NCBI GenBank assembly: GCA_965637545.1
Contig: OZ281499.1
Span: 24,056,001 to 24,120,000 of the forward strand
From: Phallusia mammillata
Taxonomy: Eukaryota
Direction: 5' to 3'
Length of the DNA: 64,000 bases
Below are positions 26,301-39,724 of this stretch, in pieces. How positions within the stretch are numbered: the first letter of the stretch is position 1; every line of letters starts with the position of its first letter. The notes under the pieces are model-generated. The model saw only the letters and a program-made list of their open reading frames with translations, did no database searches and was not told the origin of the DNA. The position numbers and the translations under genes were made by a program.

Positions 26301-27393
26301 CTCTGGCTAGATAAATGATTTAAACTTCAAGAAAACTACTAAATTTACGTGATAAGTTTGTAATAAAGGCACAAACACGTCGTTTGACGACATTAGTTGT
26401 AGGAATGAATTCAGGTTGCAAGGCAAGAAATGAAGTGCAAGGAAAGGCATAAAATGATTAAAGTTTGAAAGTGTTAAATGACAGAATTAAAAAATTTAAA
26501 TTTCCTGAAAATCAGACGTTTTCGACTTTAATAGCATTTAAGTGAAAACACTTTATTACTGTTTCTATAAGTGGAAGTCGATTGTACACGAGCAACAAAT
26601 ATTTTTGTCATTATGCTACAATGTGTAAATTTAAGGTTGAAATTACTTATTTGTATTTTGTTTATGTTCGGGTTTTTAGTCATTCCTTATTGCCATGTAG
26701 TCAATTGGATCAGCATAAATTAATAAAGTCAAATTTGGAACCATGGGGTTGTTTTAATTCTGTCCACAAATATGATTAGAGACTAAAAATTGCCAAACTT
26801 CGAAACCACTGGATTTCAAACTATATCGGTTCGTTTTGGTGCTGTCCATAAAGTGTTTAATCACGGGTTAACCAGATGATTGATTTGGAAATTTGGATGT
26901 GAGTAAACGATGTAGATGTGTGATTTAACACTGACGGCAGGGGTTTGGCACAATGGCTGGGTAGCTGGGAAGTGGAGGGTATGTGCAAGCGCTAAGCATG
27001 AAGGGTAATGAAGTAGATTTTGACTTTAGGATGTCGTGTTGTGAATTATCAAGCTCAAAGCTCTAGACAAAGTGCTATTAATATTTACAGAAACTTTGAG
27101 TGCGTTCAAGAGAAACACGAATTAAAAGGGAACGTATGCGAAACTTATAATGTCGTAAATAATCATAAAATCATGATAATTATATGGATAAAAACATTAC
27201 TTAAACCCACTAATTACGAATTAGTGTTAATTAAAAGAAAGTTTATAATGCAATTTATCTTCTTGGTCCAAAGCTTTCGTTGGCGTCACCGTAACGGTAC
27301 AAATGACGTCATGTTGGTCTTGAATCAACAGCTTATGCACAACAGAATAACAGTATTGCAGTTATGTGACCGGGGATACAAGAGACAAGGTCA

Positions 27394-30300
27394 CTAGAGG
27401 TCGTCGCTTTCTGGGAGCAAACTTTCCTCCAAGTATTTCATGGAACGAGGTTGGTGGAAGGTCCGCTGGGGGGCGTCCTCGCGCAGAGCTTTCAAAACTT
27501 CTGATTCCTCGTTGTCATCTCTGCAACAAATCAGAACTACAATCAAATTTTGTGGTAGCGTATTCAAAAGCTGTGGAAAGCAAGAAATACACAGATATGC
27601 TTTAAACATGAAAAAAATCGTGTCGATACATACAACTAACCTGCAGCTGATACCTGAAATATGTTATGCTGCCTCAGAGTTGCAAGTCGGGCCGGGCTTT
27701 TCGGGCCGGGTTCGGGTTCGGGCCGGGTTCGGGCCGGGTTCGGGCTTAGGTATTTGTGAGAAAACGGGCTTAAAACGGGCCTGACTTTACGTTCCGTGTC
27801 CGCCATTTTTTTAAATAAAATCACTCAGCTAAGTAACAAGTCTCTGGATTTGACCTAATGCCCACCCTACTCTAAAAAATATTGTTTACGCCATTGTCTA
27901 CTATTGTTCATTGTGTTTGTTGTCTTTCTCTTTTTTCTTTCTCATCCTTTGTTGCGAGGCTTTCGTGGATAGGCCTGTTAATCAAAATTTCGGGCCTAAA
28001 CGGGCTTCTCAAAAACGTTTCGGGTTCGGGCCGGGCTTCGGGCTTATACTTTCGGGTTCGGGCCGGGTTCGGGCTCAGATTTTGGGCCCGCTTGCAACTC
28101 TGTGCTGCCTTGCTGAATCATCGCAATTCACTTTCAGTAAAACTTTTCATCACATCCTGTTAGCAGCCTCGTTGCACTTTCGCTTGTAAATCATACAGAA
28201 CTGGTTGACCTCCATTTTTGAACCGAGCAAATGTCGCATAAATACCATTTGCTGCTCGTGTAACTTGTTTCCATGCAATAACTGCCTGAAATACGCTTCT
28301 CCAATCTTTAGCTCATTGTTAAATGCCGTAAACATGAAGCAACTCGCCCAAAGTAATACAAAACTGCAACAACCTTTTCATTGAAACCAACAATCCAGCA
28401 AACACGTAACCGCGCGCTATGTTGGCCAAAACATGACCACAAAGTTATGTTAGACACTCTTGTATTTGGACGACGGTTTGTAAGCTGAAAAGCTTCGGAA
28501 CAAAACCGTCTTTGATAACTTGCAGTCACAACTTAAAGATCAAAAACAGTTTGGACTCAACAGCAATTTGTTTCCACTTTTGCTTGGAATCAAACAAACA
28601 AGCGAACATCGTTTCTTCAAACATGTTTTAGTTGATCAAACTTTATTTTGTTTTTGTTTGTTTAAAAAATGTACTTGTTATTAAAGTAGGTGTTATATGC
28701 GTCGTTATGCAAGCTCTGGAAACAGTTTCTAAAATATGAATTAAGCATTTAGCTGGGCTAGCTCGACTACATCATCACGTTTCCTACATCACGTTGTATT
28801 ACATTCCGTGGCTTACTTTACACGCCAATATGACGTATTACCGGGGCAGGAAATGCTTATGCATCATCAAGCCCTGCCCTAACATGCGTAGCTAAACACA
28901 ATAAAACTTCATATTACCAAATAAAAGTATGATAAACTCGCATCAAAATACCAGGCATTGAGTAGTATCTACGTTTTGTGTGGGAGAGTAAAGCTTTTTA
29001 TTTATAATGTGTGTGGTAAGCTGACTAATCAAGTGCCAATCTATTTTTTACTGTCAGAAGTTGCAATGTAAACAATGCCTTTGTGCAACTCACATATGTT
29101 GTACTGATGGATGCACAAATCAGCAAAATGCGCATGATTCCCAGATTAATTCATGGCGAAACCACAAAAACTGTGAAATAAGTATGACTTACATTTGGTT
29201 TTTCAACTGTTACCTAAACTAATATCGCTATTTTTTGCCTAAACCAAACTAGCAACTTCTTTGTAATAAAAAATAATATGTAAAAACTTACAATTCAATA
29301 AATGGAACTGACTGTTTTTAACTAACTAAATTCATATTGCTAAACTCTAATCTAAAACTCAGCACAAAGTAACAACTGATATTTTCATAGGTCATTTCAA
29401 CCTTCCTTACCAAACTTGCTATTTATGTCATATTGTAAGTAAGTTTGTTCCTTTGCTGAACTTACTTGGTTGGTGATTGCTTCATTTGACCTTGATATGA
29501 GTCTTTAACATTTTGAGATGAATACAAGCCCAAAGAAGTACTGGCAACTACCCTTTTTGAGTCCTTAACATTTGATGGGGGAACAGAATTGGAGCGCTGC
29601 TGGGTTGTCTGCTGTGTGATAAAATGTTTATGATCAGTGACAGGTATTTGCTATTGAGGATTTATGGACCACATAGCTGGAGTGAATGTGTACAAATCAT
29701 TGTCAAGCTGTCACAACCCTTATATTAGAAACTGTAAAAATAATAAATGAACAGTAGTCAGTGTCAATTCAACTAGATATGCTTTGTCATACGGTTTTTA
29801 TACAAACGGTTTACATGCAAAGTATGTTTAAATGTCAGGATGCACAACAAAACCATAAAAAGAAACCTAAATTAAACTAAACTATGGTACTTACATGGTT
29901 GGTTCCATCAGTTTTTACAGTAACTCGACACCTTGATGATTTGGAACCATATTTGTTCATAATTGTACAAGTATAAGTTCCCAAAAGCTCAGGTGACAAT
30001 TCACCGAGTACAACAGTATGGACAGGCCCTGTGTAAATACAACATGATTTTGTAATGAATTGTAAATAAATACCAAGAATTGGTTAATTAATTATTTTAT
30101 AGTTACACACAACAATTTAGCCTAATAGGGTTTGTTTGCTGGTATAGAAGGGGTGTTTCGGCATGGCTAATTTAGTTTTTTTTTTTTAAATGTAGTTGAT
30201 TACCATGAAATGCATTCTGCCAAATAAACCAAAATTTTAACCCTAAGCCCATTTTCACCCTAACAGGGACCCCAAACCAGCAAACTTAAACAAACAAAGA

Positions 30301-33300
30301 AATAACAATAAGTTAAAAATGTAAATATCCAAAATATATGAGCTGAATCAACCTGGAAATACACAAAATGTTTTTTTAACTTTGCAAATGCATGCTGATC
30401 CTTTTTTAAGATTGACTTATTTACCGTTGCTTAGGAACCGAATATCTTTTTCCTTTGATTCCCTTGCTGGTTTATTATTGTGATACCAATGTACAGAAGG
30501 AGTTGGCATGTTGGAACCCAAACGAACTTCTAAAACAGCTGGCTCACCCATTGGCGCAGCAATGTCTTGCAAAGCCTGCAACCAAAACATAACAGATAAA
30601 TAAAACTGCTGTGATCCTGTAAATTGTTTTCAGCCTTTTCAAGTCATGCAGTTTTGCTCTAACGATTCATAAACTTTGTTACAACATGGACTCACTCAAA
30701 TAAGACCAGACAAAAAACCTTGTACAACCTATTGACTTGTACAGTTTGTGTAAGGAAGGTAGCAATTATTTAATCAGACTGACGTATGTGACCTTATAAC
30801 ATCTTCAAGGCCACCCACCCAAATAAACTAACAATAATGAAAGATTTTGTTTTTGCTTTATTCTAAGGATACTGTCAAATTGCACTAAAAGGAAGTCGTG
30901 ATTTTAGTTGAAGTAGTAATAGCTGCATTTAACATTTCACAGCAAAATGTTAAACAAAAGTGCAATACCTTAGCAAAGGTTGGTTCCCCATATCTTGGTG
31001 CTGCAGAGCCTTGAAAGAACTTTCCGATATTTCCGATCGCTTTGCTGCGATCTGCATTGCCGTTTGCAGGTGGTGCTGACTCAGATGGAAGGACCCCATT
31101 GCTGGAACTATAACAGACAAAATAAAAGAATCACCAAATAAGCTACATGAACATAATTATTCCAGTCTCCAGACATGTATTGGTCAATGAAGTTGTTAAA
31201 ATATTACTACAGTATAAGAGATAACTAAGAAAACTACATTTTTACTAAAAACTAAAAAACTAAAAAAACTACATTTTAGTTTAAGAAAATTAAAAAAAGC
31301 TGTCATGCAAATAAAGAATGAACAAGTTGTATATCTTTATGTCCTTAAAAGAACCTTAAGAGTAAAAGGTTTTCTTTGTGGCTGAATTATGGCAAAAAAT
31401 CACAATGAACTTTCAACAATGAAACTTTTACATTTGCCCTTCAGGTATTACATAAACCACATCACACAAGTTGATTCGGTTGGACAAAAAGCTCTTTTAT
31501 CCAACACAGTGTAATTTCCATGGCAAAAATTTTCCAGTAACAAGAGAAACATTTAAGCCACTACATGAGAGTTAATTGCTTTTTCATTGATTCACAATGG
31601 AAATGAATCAGCGGAATTTACTATGCCCAAAAGGGTAATTACAACTTCAGTGGAGCAATTGAAAAGTCATGTCTGGCTGTGACTAAACAATACCCAAACA
31701 CTCTGGAATGCAAACAACCATTCAATGGCATTGTTACAAAACAAAACACATTCCAAAAGTGTCTGTAAGGCTAACAAGTGCTGTAGTTTAAAGGCAGTTA
31801 AATTGGCCTCGGTTTGGTGAACATACACGGCACTGCTGTCAAGCACCAATTCATGTGTGAGTAACCAGTATTGATTTGTGGTTTGTGGTCATGGAATTCA
31901 CTTTGAAAGACAATTATGTCACATTATTAAATACTGTTTCTGTTATGTATGACATATATGGTGTGTTTACTTGACATATATGACCCTTTAGCTTTTTCAT
32001 CATTTTTGAAATAGTTCAGTTAAAATGATTTTAAGCAAATTAAACATTTCTAAATGTTACAATTCCTGTATTATTAGGCACAAAGTAATACAAACATGTC
32101 TTAAATTTTGTCTAATTTAACCATTTTACACAACAACTTTGAAAAGAGCTCTGGCAAATTTTTACCTGACATCATGCGATGGCCAAGTTTTCACTTCACT
32201 TGCTTTCATGCTCCCTGGAGCTTCTTCCTTGCTTTTCTCTTCCTCTTCCAACATTTCCTTGATCTCAGGAGTGATAGAGATTGCTTTTTTCTCTTCAGCT
32301 CTCACAGGGGCTACAGCATAAAACATTTTCACTTGTTACAATACTGTAAATCTACTTGTTACATTTGGCATTTAGGAATTAAAAGCAAATTAACTGGGAT
32401 ATAAACCGGTTGTTTACTTCTGTTGCTTAAACTGTAAACTACTATCCACAAGTAATTACAGCACCCAATGAAAAACCCAAATTGATTCAAGTTTGCAGAA
32501 AGCTTTAAGCTTTGTACAAATTACAAACTAAAAGTCAATGTAACCATCACCTTGAATTAAAAATACAGAATATGAAACGTTTCTGACCTTTGTATGGCTT
32601 GACCAGAGCCTTATTCATTGCAGGTGATTGTGTGATGGTTCCTTCCTTTTGCCAGTTTCCTGCGTCTTCATATTTCTGGTATCTTGTCTCGCCAGGCTGG
32701 TAAGTCACACTGCAACACAAGACAACATTTCAATGGCTTACCAAATAGAAACCAAAATCAACTCAACTTGGTTGAAAAGATAAAAAAGGAAATTATTATG
32801 ATATTTGTGTTTACATTCCCATAAACGTAAATGGTACCAAGTTGTTTGCTTAAATTTAATGCTATCTGTGTATAAAACTACAAAACTTACAAGCTATTCA
32901 GTAAACACATTTTTTCCTAATAGGAGCAGAAGCAACTCTAATTGAATTTTTTGAATAAAAATGGTTGGCAACAACATTGAACTACAACAAAGGAAACCAA
33001 TAAACCTCAAGGAGGGGTGCTGATTTAAAACTCAGACATTTCCCCTAGCAAGTATGAGGTAATATTCACACTGCTAGATGAAAATATTCAATGAATTATT
33101 CCACACCTATTTCACAATACCTCAGGAGTCAGGACATTATATTTTATAACATAATATTTAGATATGAAAAGAATCTTTGTAATCTTTACAATAAAAAACA
33201 GACAATCAAGTAAACATATAAAGATAATTTGGGTGAATCATGCACAAAACATTTAAGTTCAGCTTCCATGCATTAAACAAATATGTGCACCATGCACAGA

Positions 33301-35119
33301 AGTAGGTTTCAATAATATACCTTGGTTTTGGTTGTTCTGGTACAGTTGTTACATAAGGTGCAGGGGCTTGTCCTCCAGTTTTAGGTTTGCTAAATAACAG
33401 AAAGTTTTGTTTAAATATTAGGTGTACAAGGGTGTGATTTTCAGACTGTTATTTTTCCCAAAAAGAAAGTCTACTGGAAACCAAACATACATAAAAACAA
33501 ACCAAACATAAAAATGAAAGACAATATTTGAAAATACACATTATAGTCAGCAATACATCTATCTTGTTACATTAAGTGCATACACAATAAAACATAAAAT
33601 CAACCAAAACCTGCAGCATACATGACAAATCATGTTGTAGTTCTTAACAGTTTGAGTTTTAACTCTATACATTGTAAACTTCATATACAGACTAAAGAGA
33701 AATGCCTTTGTGTAAGATACGACCAAATTTGGTAGCATAGACTTGAAGTGGCCTTAAGTTGGTTGGTCTAGTGTTTGACAAGCAATTATCATTTCTCTTA
33801 ATTACAGTCCCACTAGTTCAGTAGGTAAAATAAACAAAGTCCATTTGAAAGCAAGTTATTTATATCAGTAGCTTACACCACACCACAATGTTTACAGTAC
33901 CAACAGTAATGGGTTAAACAAAGCTACTGTCAGCTCTTTGAAGTGTTCATGTCAAGTTTATAATAGTAGTCAAAAATCAAAGGAAAATGCACTATGGATA
34001 AACATATTTTGAATTACCCAAACAAACATTTATGTCTGCTGCAGTCTGCACATAGTTTTAAAAGGTTTTAAAAAAAATTAGTTAATACTGTTTAACAATG
34101 TGTTTATTATTAAGAAAATACACTTTGTCTAATGAACTGTAAGTCTAATGAACTGAATTGTATGCTTTCCACAGCTTGCACAAAGGTATCATTTTACATT
34201 ATACATGTGGATGTTGAGTTACAGCAGGACTGAACAACCTTAAAATTTGTGGGGGCACACATATGTATTTTAAGCTGTAAGTGATAGTCTTTTATCAATT
34301 CAAAGCAAAAAAACGGTGACCCAATGCTTTACAATAACAATAGAAACATCACAAACATTTAAAAATGATTGGCAAACCATCATCTACGCGACAAATCCAT
34401 TTTATTGTAAGCAAAATTATTAGGTGTTGGTCATATGTAAAATAAGAGCATTCAAAGTGAAATGTACATTTTTATGATGGTGAAAAACACCCAAGAAACT
34501 TTTGGAAATTACCTTAGGTGCATAGTTAATGTGGCTCCTGCACTTTTAATTTTATTTTGTGCTTCATGATGTCCAAGATTAGCAAAATCATCCCCATTTA
34601 CTTTTTCAATGATATATCCTTCAATGACTCCAGATCTGGAAGCTTTTCCACCAGCAGTGACCTGAAAACATATTATTGTTTTAAAACAATAAACAGTAAT
34701 AGATTATGTTGACAATAATGAAATGGCTTTCAAAAGTTGAATTTATGACCATGGCCTCATAGCCATCTTATCCAACAGGCAAGGCCTTGGTGGTTCAAGG
34801 ATTAAGCCTCAAATAAAAGTTTTTCTAGGAATGGTACAGTAATAATAAGCCGTTTTCAAAGCATAATTTTTATATTGTGCATTTTTTCGAATACAATTTC
34901 ATTGCACTTCAAAAAATACTGATTTTAACACTATTGTACACAAACATAAATAGCCAAATTTACAGCTCCACCCACTATAATCAAATTGCAATGGCAAAAG
35001 GATCCAACAGTGGAATTCATACACACCTTTGCAATTGCCAGGGGTTGGTGAAAATCTTTTCCGCCCTTCATTTTGAAACCCCAAGGGGAACCCCCGGTTA
35101 ATGTAATAACAACAGCCAT
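27394..35119 (-). CDS. ALP/Enigma (ZASP/PDLIM)-family protein with PDZ, Ig I-set, ZM and ALP-like motifs, no LIM; 424 aa
   Basis: Ten GT-AG exons with matching phases: 35119-35027, 34661-34513, 33389-33321, 32709-32588, 32310-32166, 31107-30969, 30575-30425, 30028-29895, 29611-29466, 27520-27394 (1275 nt). PDZ: GGSPWGFKMKGGKDFHQPLAIAKVTAGGKA...HHEAQNKIK. Ig: EPTFAKALQDIAAPMGEPAVLEVRLGSNMPTPSVHWYHNNK...LGTYTCTIMNKYGSKSSRCRVTV. ZM-like: STSLGLYSSQNVKDSYQGQM. ALP-like: EESEVLKALRE...PRSMKYLEESL. Confidence 0.88.
27675..28102. mobile_element. Non-autonomous hAT MITE (428 bp) in the last intron of the PDZ-Ig gene
   Basis: TIRs CAGAGTTGCAAG(T)CGGGCC; perfect 8-bp TSD TGCTGCCT (27667-27674 / 28103-28110); arrays of TTCGGG/CCGGG sub-terminal repeats. 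Confidence 0.92.
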
Positions 35120-36437
35120 GATCACCTAAATCCTACTACTCCACTATGTATTACTCTAAAGACAAAATAAATGGTAAAACGGTAAAGTTTAAAGAAGATA
35201 ACTTAAACTATGCAAACTGTATATATGTGTGTTAGTTTTTTGACGAAATAGGTGTAGAGTAAACCAAAAACAGATGATAACTTGAATTTAATACATAAAA
35301 TGACATAGCTTTGCCTTTAAAACACATGATTGCAGAAGTATTGATAAAAAAAGCATTTCTAACCAAGTAGAATTTAATTTACCACACATTTATTACAAGC
35401 TGTATCTATTATTTGGCTTGCTTAACATTAACGCAAAGTACATTTTATACTAACTTCAAAATGGCAGCGGTGTTATTAGCAAAATAATAAATAACAACAA
35501 ACAATACAAACAATAAACAACCAACACTGACTGCTATTTAAATTTTAATGCAGACTAAAAACAATAAAACCTCTTTAAAGTCAAAATATTAACTGATCTA
35601 CGGTAGACTGACAATTTGGAAGTTTACATGACTCAGTGCCGGCCGGCAAGTCTGCAAAGCAAATGCGGGAAACAAAATGATAAATCATTTATTTACATCC
35701 CAGCAGCGCGGCGAACCACGTGACCGAATTGTCTGCGGCAGACAACCATTATTTTTAATTGGGGGCAATCAGCAATTAAAGCTATGATACGCTTTCATCA
35801 AGAATATTCACGAGTTAAACTAAACATATATCATAAATAAACAAGTGGAAGAAGAATTTGGATTCGGATAAGATAAAAGTATTTTAAAACGGAAGCGATT
35901 CAAAATAGTTAAATGCACATAAAAGAATAATATTTTTTTTGTTAAATTACCAATGCCGCTTTTTACATGGTTTAATCGGCTTGCTGGAAACTGCGAAATT
36001 CTTTTATAAAGTAGGCGATGTACACAGTTCTTTAATGTGTGTCAAATCAGCATACAAAAATGTACAGGGTGTTCATTTGAATCTAAACGTATGGCGGCTA
36101 TTGTTTGAACAAACCAGTTTTGCCTTGCTGCTTGGTGTTTTGGCCCGAAAGACGACAAGGTTAAAATGGTTTCATGTCATAGTTTAGTTTGCACAGGTAT
36201 ACTACATCAATAACTTTTTGTACAGCTGATTTAATTTGAAGTGGCAACGACACTCGATCTAGACGTTACAAGTAAACACTTTATTTGAAACTAGTTAGAC
36301 CAGTAGAAAAAAAAATAATAGACCAGTGAATAGACCAGCGAATATTGTTTGGTGAAACATTTGTGTAAGAAAAATTTTAATGACATTTGCAGGTTGTGTA
36401 AGCAGATTTCTTTATTAGATTACACTTATTTTGCAAC

Positions 36438-38554
36438 ATGTCAAATCAATCGGTCAACAATTTGACCCTGATTCTCCAGAATCACCAGTTTTCAACGTCA
36501 AGGTTCGTAGCTAAGCAAGTCATCTGGACAATTCAAATCATGGTCTCTGTCTATCTGATCGTCGTCTTAATTTTATTCGAATTAAGACGAAACCCGGTTT
36601 CGGAAAGCACCCCTTTTCGTAGACGCCATTCTACCACAAGATCAAGGAGCACAATTGCCAGTTCGGCCGCAGCATCCCGCAAGACAGTTTGGTTGAACAT
36701 TTTTGGAGAAAACCCTATGTGCATACTCACAATGACGTCAGTGCTATTTCGCTGCGTCCTCTTACAGATGGAGTTCAACTTCGGGAGCCAGTACAAAATC
36801 GTGTGCGAGACTTTCAGTTGGATGTACACCCTATTTGGCACAGTGGGGTACTTCGGGGTATACATGTTACTCTGGGCCCGGCAATGGGGTTTGTACAACA
36901 GCAAGCCACTGAAACCCCTGTTTACCCGGCGCACAAGAGCTATCAGTATTGCCGTTATGATCAGTATGGTAACTGGAATGGTCGCTATTAGTGTTTTGTT
37001 TATTCTAAGTTTCAATGTCATAACTCTGACCCCACGAGGCTGCGTTTTCCAGGACACATCGTCTGATAAGTTGATCTTCACAGTAACGCTTGCTACCATG
37101 GCTACCGGGTCGGTTATAATTCAAGCTTGCCTTCTTGGCTTGACGGTCTATCCTTTAAGTAAACAGTACGAAACTTTCTGGTGCTGCTGCAACAACAACA
37201 AGAAAACTGATCAAAGTAGTGCTTCAAACTCATTAAAACGAGTGCGGGTAAGCAAAGATGAAGTTACTGTACAAAAACTCCAAAACAACACCACAAAAGC
37301 GACACAATTGATACTATTGAGCATTGGTTTTTGCTTGGTAATTTCCCCTTTTTGTCTAAATACCTTCAAAGATTAGAGAATAACCAATTTTCGACCACAA
37401 ATTAGGACGCGTCCAGAATTGGCTAACAGTCTAATGATAAACAAGCGTTTGTGTAAAGATAGTGTAGGTTGTTACTATATATGTTTCGTTAAGTTGCCAT
37501 TGACGTAACTTAAGCTAACAATGAAAAGTTGGGGCCCAATAGAAACGCAATGAAAGAAACCAACTTCAAAACAAATACTGGGTCGTAATCGATAACCTGA
37601 GTTTTGGAATTTTACAGAAAGTCATCCGGCGAATCTCAATCAGTTGTGCAGTATGTATCGTTTGTGACATATTCGTCGGAGCAGCGGCAGGTCTTCATAC
37701 TTCGCTGACAGGAAGTCGAAACACCTTTCTCCTAATGGCCTACGTTATAAACGTTACCGTGAATGTCGTTGCGGTCATTGGATCTTTCACCGACTGGAAA
37801 GATCGCCTCCTACCTATGCTGCACCGCTCCAGCGCCCCTAGTGTTCCAGCCGTAAGGAGTTACGTGAGTGAAGCTGCGACAACAAGCAGGGCAACAGCTG
37901 ACACGCCGATACGGACACCACAAAGTAAGAAAATACAGCAAGTTTAAAAAAATAAGGGCACCGTTAGTCACAAGATAAACTAAATTGTCTTTCCTTGGCA
38001 CACTTTGCGGGCCAACATAACAAAAGTTCCTAAAAAAGTTAATTATCGACTTTATTATGGTGAGTAATGTTGTATTGTTTTTTTTTTATTACCAAATAAA
38101 AAAATATGAGCTTTGAAACGTTGCCATGGACTCCAGCATTTCGTCATCAAGTCCTAAAACTCCAGAGAATGTTTCCATTTTAAAATAGATGAAATTTTCA
38201 AGGCACACTTGGAAATCTCTCACGGCATACTAGTGTTCCGCACCACACAGTTTAAAAATCACTGCCCTACAGTTTCTGGCAATAGTTTCCAACTTATTCA
38301 ATTAATGTTACAATATGACTAAAAATGTATAATTTGTCTTTTATAATCTATAATTTCTCGTAAGTATATCGTTGGAAAAGTCTTCATAAGCAAAGGTTCA
38401 GCATTTAGTCATAATGATTTTGTTCGTTTATTTAAAGCGTTGTATGTTTATCATTCTAGATCAAGCGACAAACCGAGTTGTCATGACAACCAACGAAATC
38501 CAAGTGATGGAAAAACAAACCTCACTTCCTGGAACTTCCGGTGCTGAAGAATAG
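36438..38554 (+). CDS. Orphan seven-transmembrane (GPCR-like) protein, paralogue 1, 403 aa
   Basis: Exons 36438-37247, 37618-37924, 38460-38554 (phases 0,1). Seven hydrophobic segments, N-terminal N-glycosylation sequons, conserved Cys at the top of TM3 and in ECL2, LWARQ in place of DRY. Confidence 0.8.
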
Positions 38555-39219
38555 ACTGTAAACAATGTAGCATCACAACAAAAGTGGAAAAATTTGGATT
38601 TGCAATATTTTTTTCTTTTAATCGAACAGCTTTGTTTTTCCGAAGATGTTTTCGTTAAATGAACGAATGACACTTAGGTGAATGTAAATATACCAAAATG
38701 CTAAACAATATCAAAAAGGTTCTTAAAAAAACAAACATATCACCCTCTCTGTTTTCATGAAGTTTTGTCTGTTTGAACAACACAGTGTTTCACTAGAGAA
38801 AGGTTTTGTCTTATGATCCATGTAATACAACATTGTAGTGAATGTCTTCTTTACAGTAAACAAACACATCAATCAGTTTTTCAATTAACATACAGGCACG
38901 TTGAATATTTGCATTCTGTTGACTCGGGCTTAGGTAATTAATTAACAAGTTTAGAGGGTGATTTGTTTCCTTTTTTGCAACATAAGGGTGGATATGAGAC
39001 TATTATTTGTTCAGACGAGTCTTAAATGCAACACTAAAAAGTAAAAACGAGTTTTTACAGCGTTTAGGTTGTCTATGAAATAGAGCAGGTTTTTGACTTT
39101 GCTATTTAGTGGATGGGAGGAGGTATATAAGTAATCAGAACGTATGGGGGATTATTGTTACTGTCGCGAAAGGTATAGACATGGTTAGGCCTAGAGTTTA
39201 ACATTAAGAGCACTTAGAT

Positions 39220-39583
39220 CAGGGGGTTCTTAACCAGGGGTACATGTACCCCTTGGGGGTACGAAGCACCAAAGCAGGGGGGGTACGACATGCAGTGTGA
39301 AATTATATGCTATTTAGGCATATTTGTGAAGAATGCGTAACAAGTTTCTTTGTTATATGTCTTTGACTGATTTGAATTGACTGATTGTTAGTGTGCTGTA
39401 AATATTGTTGAACTTACAAGACTGTTTTAATGTATGCATTCAACATGTAAGTTATAAAAGCACTGAGTTTAATTCCTATCATTGCAATTTTATTTACTTC
39501 CGTCGGCCATTCGAGACAGGGTGTACGAGACAATTTCATGAAACCTCAAAGGGTATGGGCGCTAAAAAGGTTAAGAAACGCTG
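39220..39583. mobile_element. Non-autonomous hAT MITE
   Basis: Ends CAGGGGGTTCTTAACC and GGTTAAGAAACGCTG; TSD ACTTAGAT / ACTTAGGT (7 of 8). Confidence 0.8.
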
Positions 39584-39724
39584 ACTTAGGTCGAGTCACT
39601 GCCTATAATTGGGATTTTGTTAAAAGCTGCGATCTAGGTATGAAGCTATGATACTTTTGTTTGTTATAGATTTATGGTTAAGAAATTTTTATCTAATTGT
39701 TTTTGACAACTTAATTATAAAATC

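Noticed and set aside
27675-28102. GGGTTCGGGCC repeats as a CRISPR array or telomeric/satellite repeat
   Set aside because: Bounded by TIRs and an 8-bp TSD; no unique spacers; eukaryotic context.
28150-28365. Phase-2-compatible alternative terminal exon for the PDZ-Ig gene (FVLLWASCFMFTAFNNELK...)
   Set aside because: Phase match has a one-in-three chance, the peptide has no family similarity, and the 27520 exon carries the expected ALP motif. RNA data could revive it.
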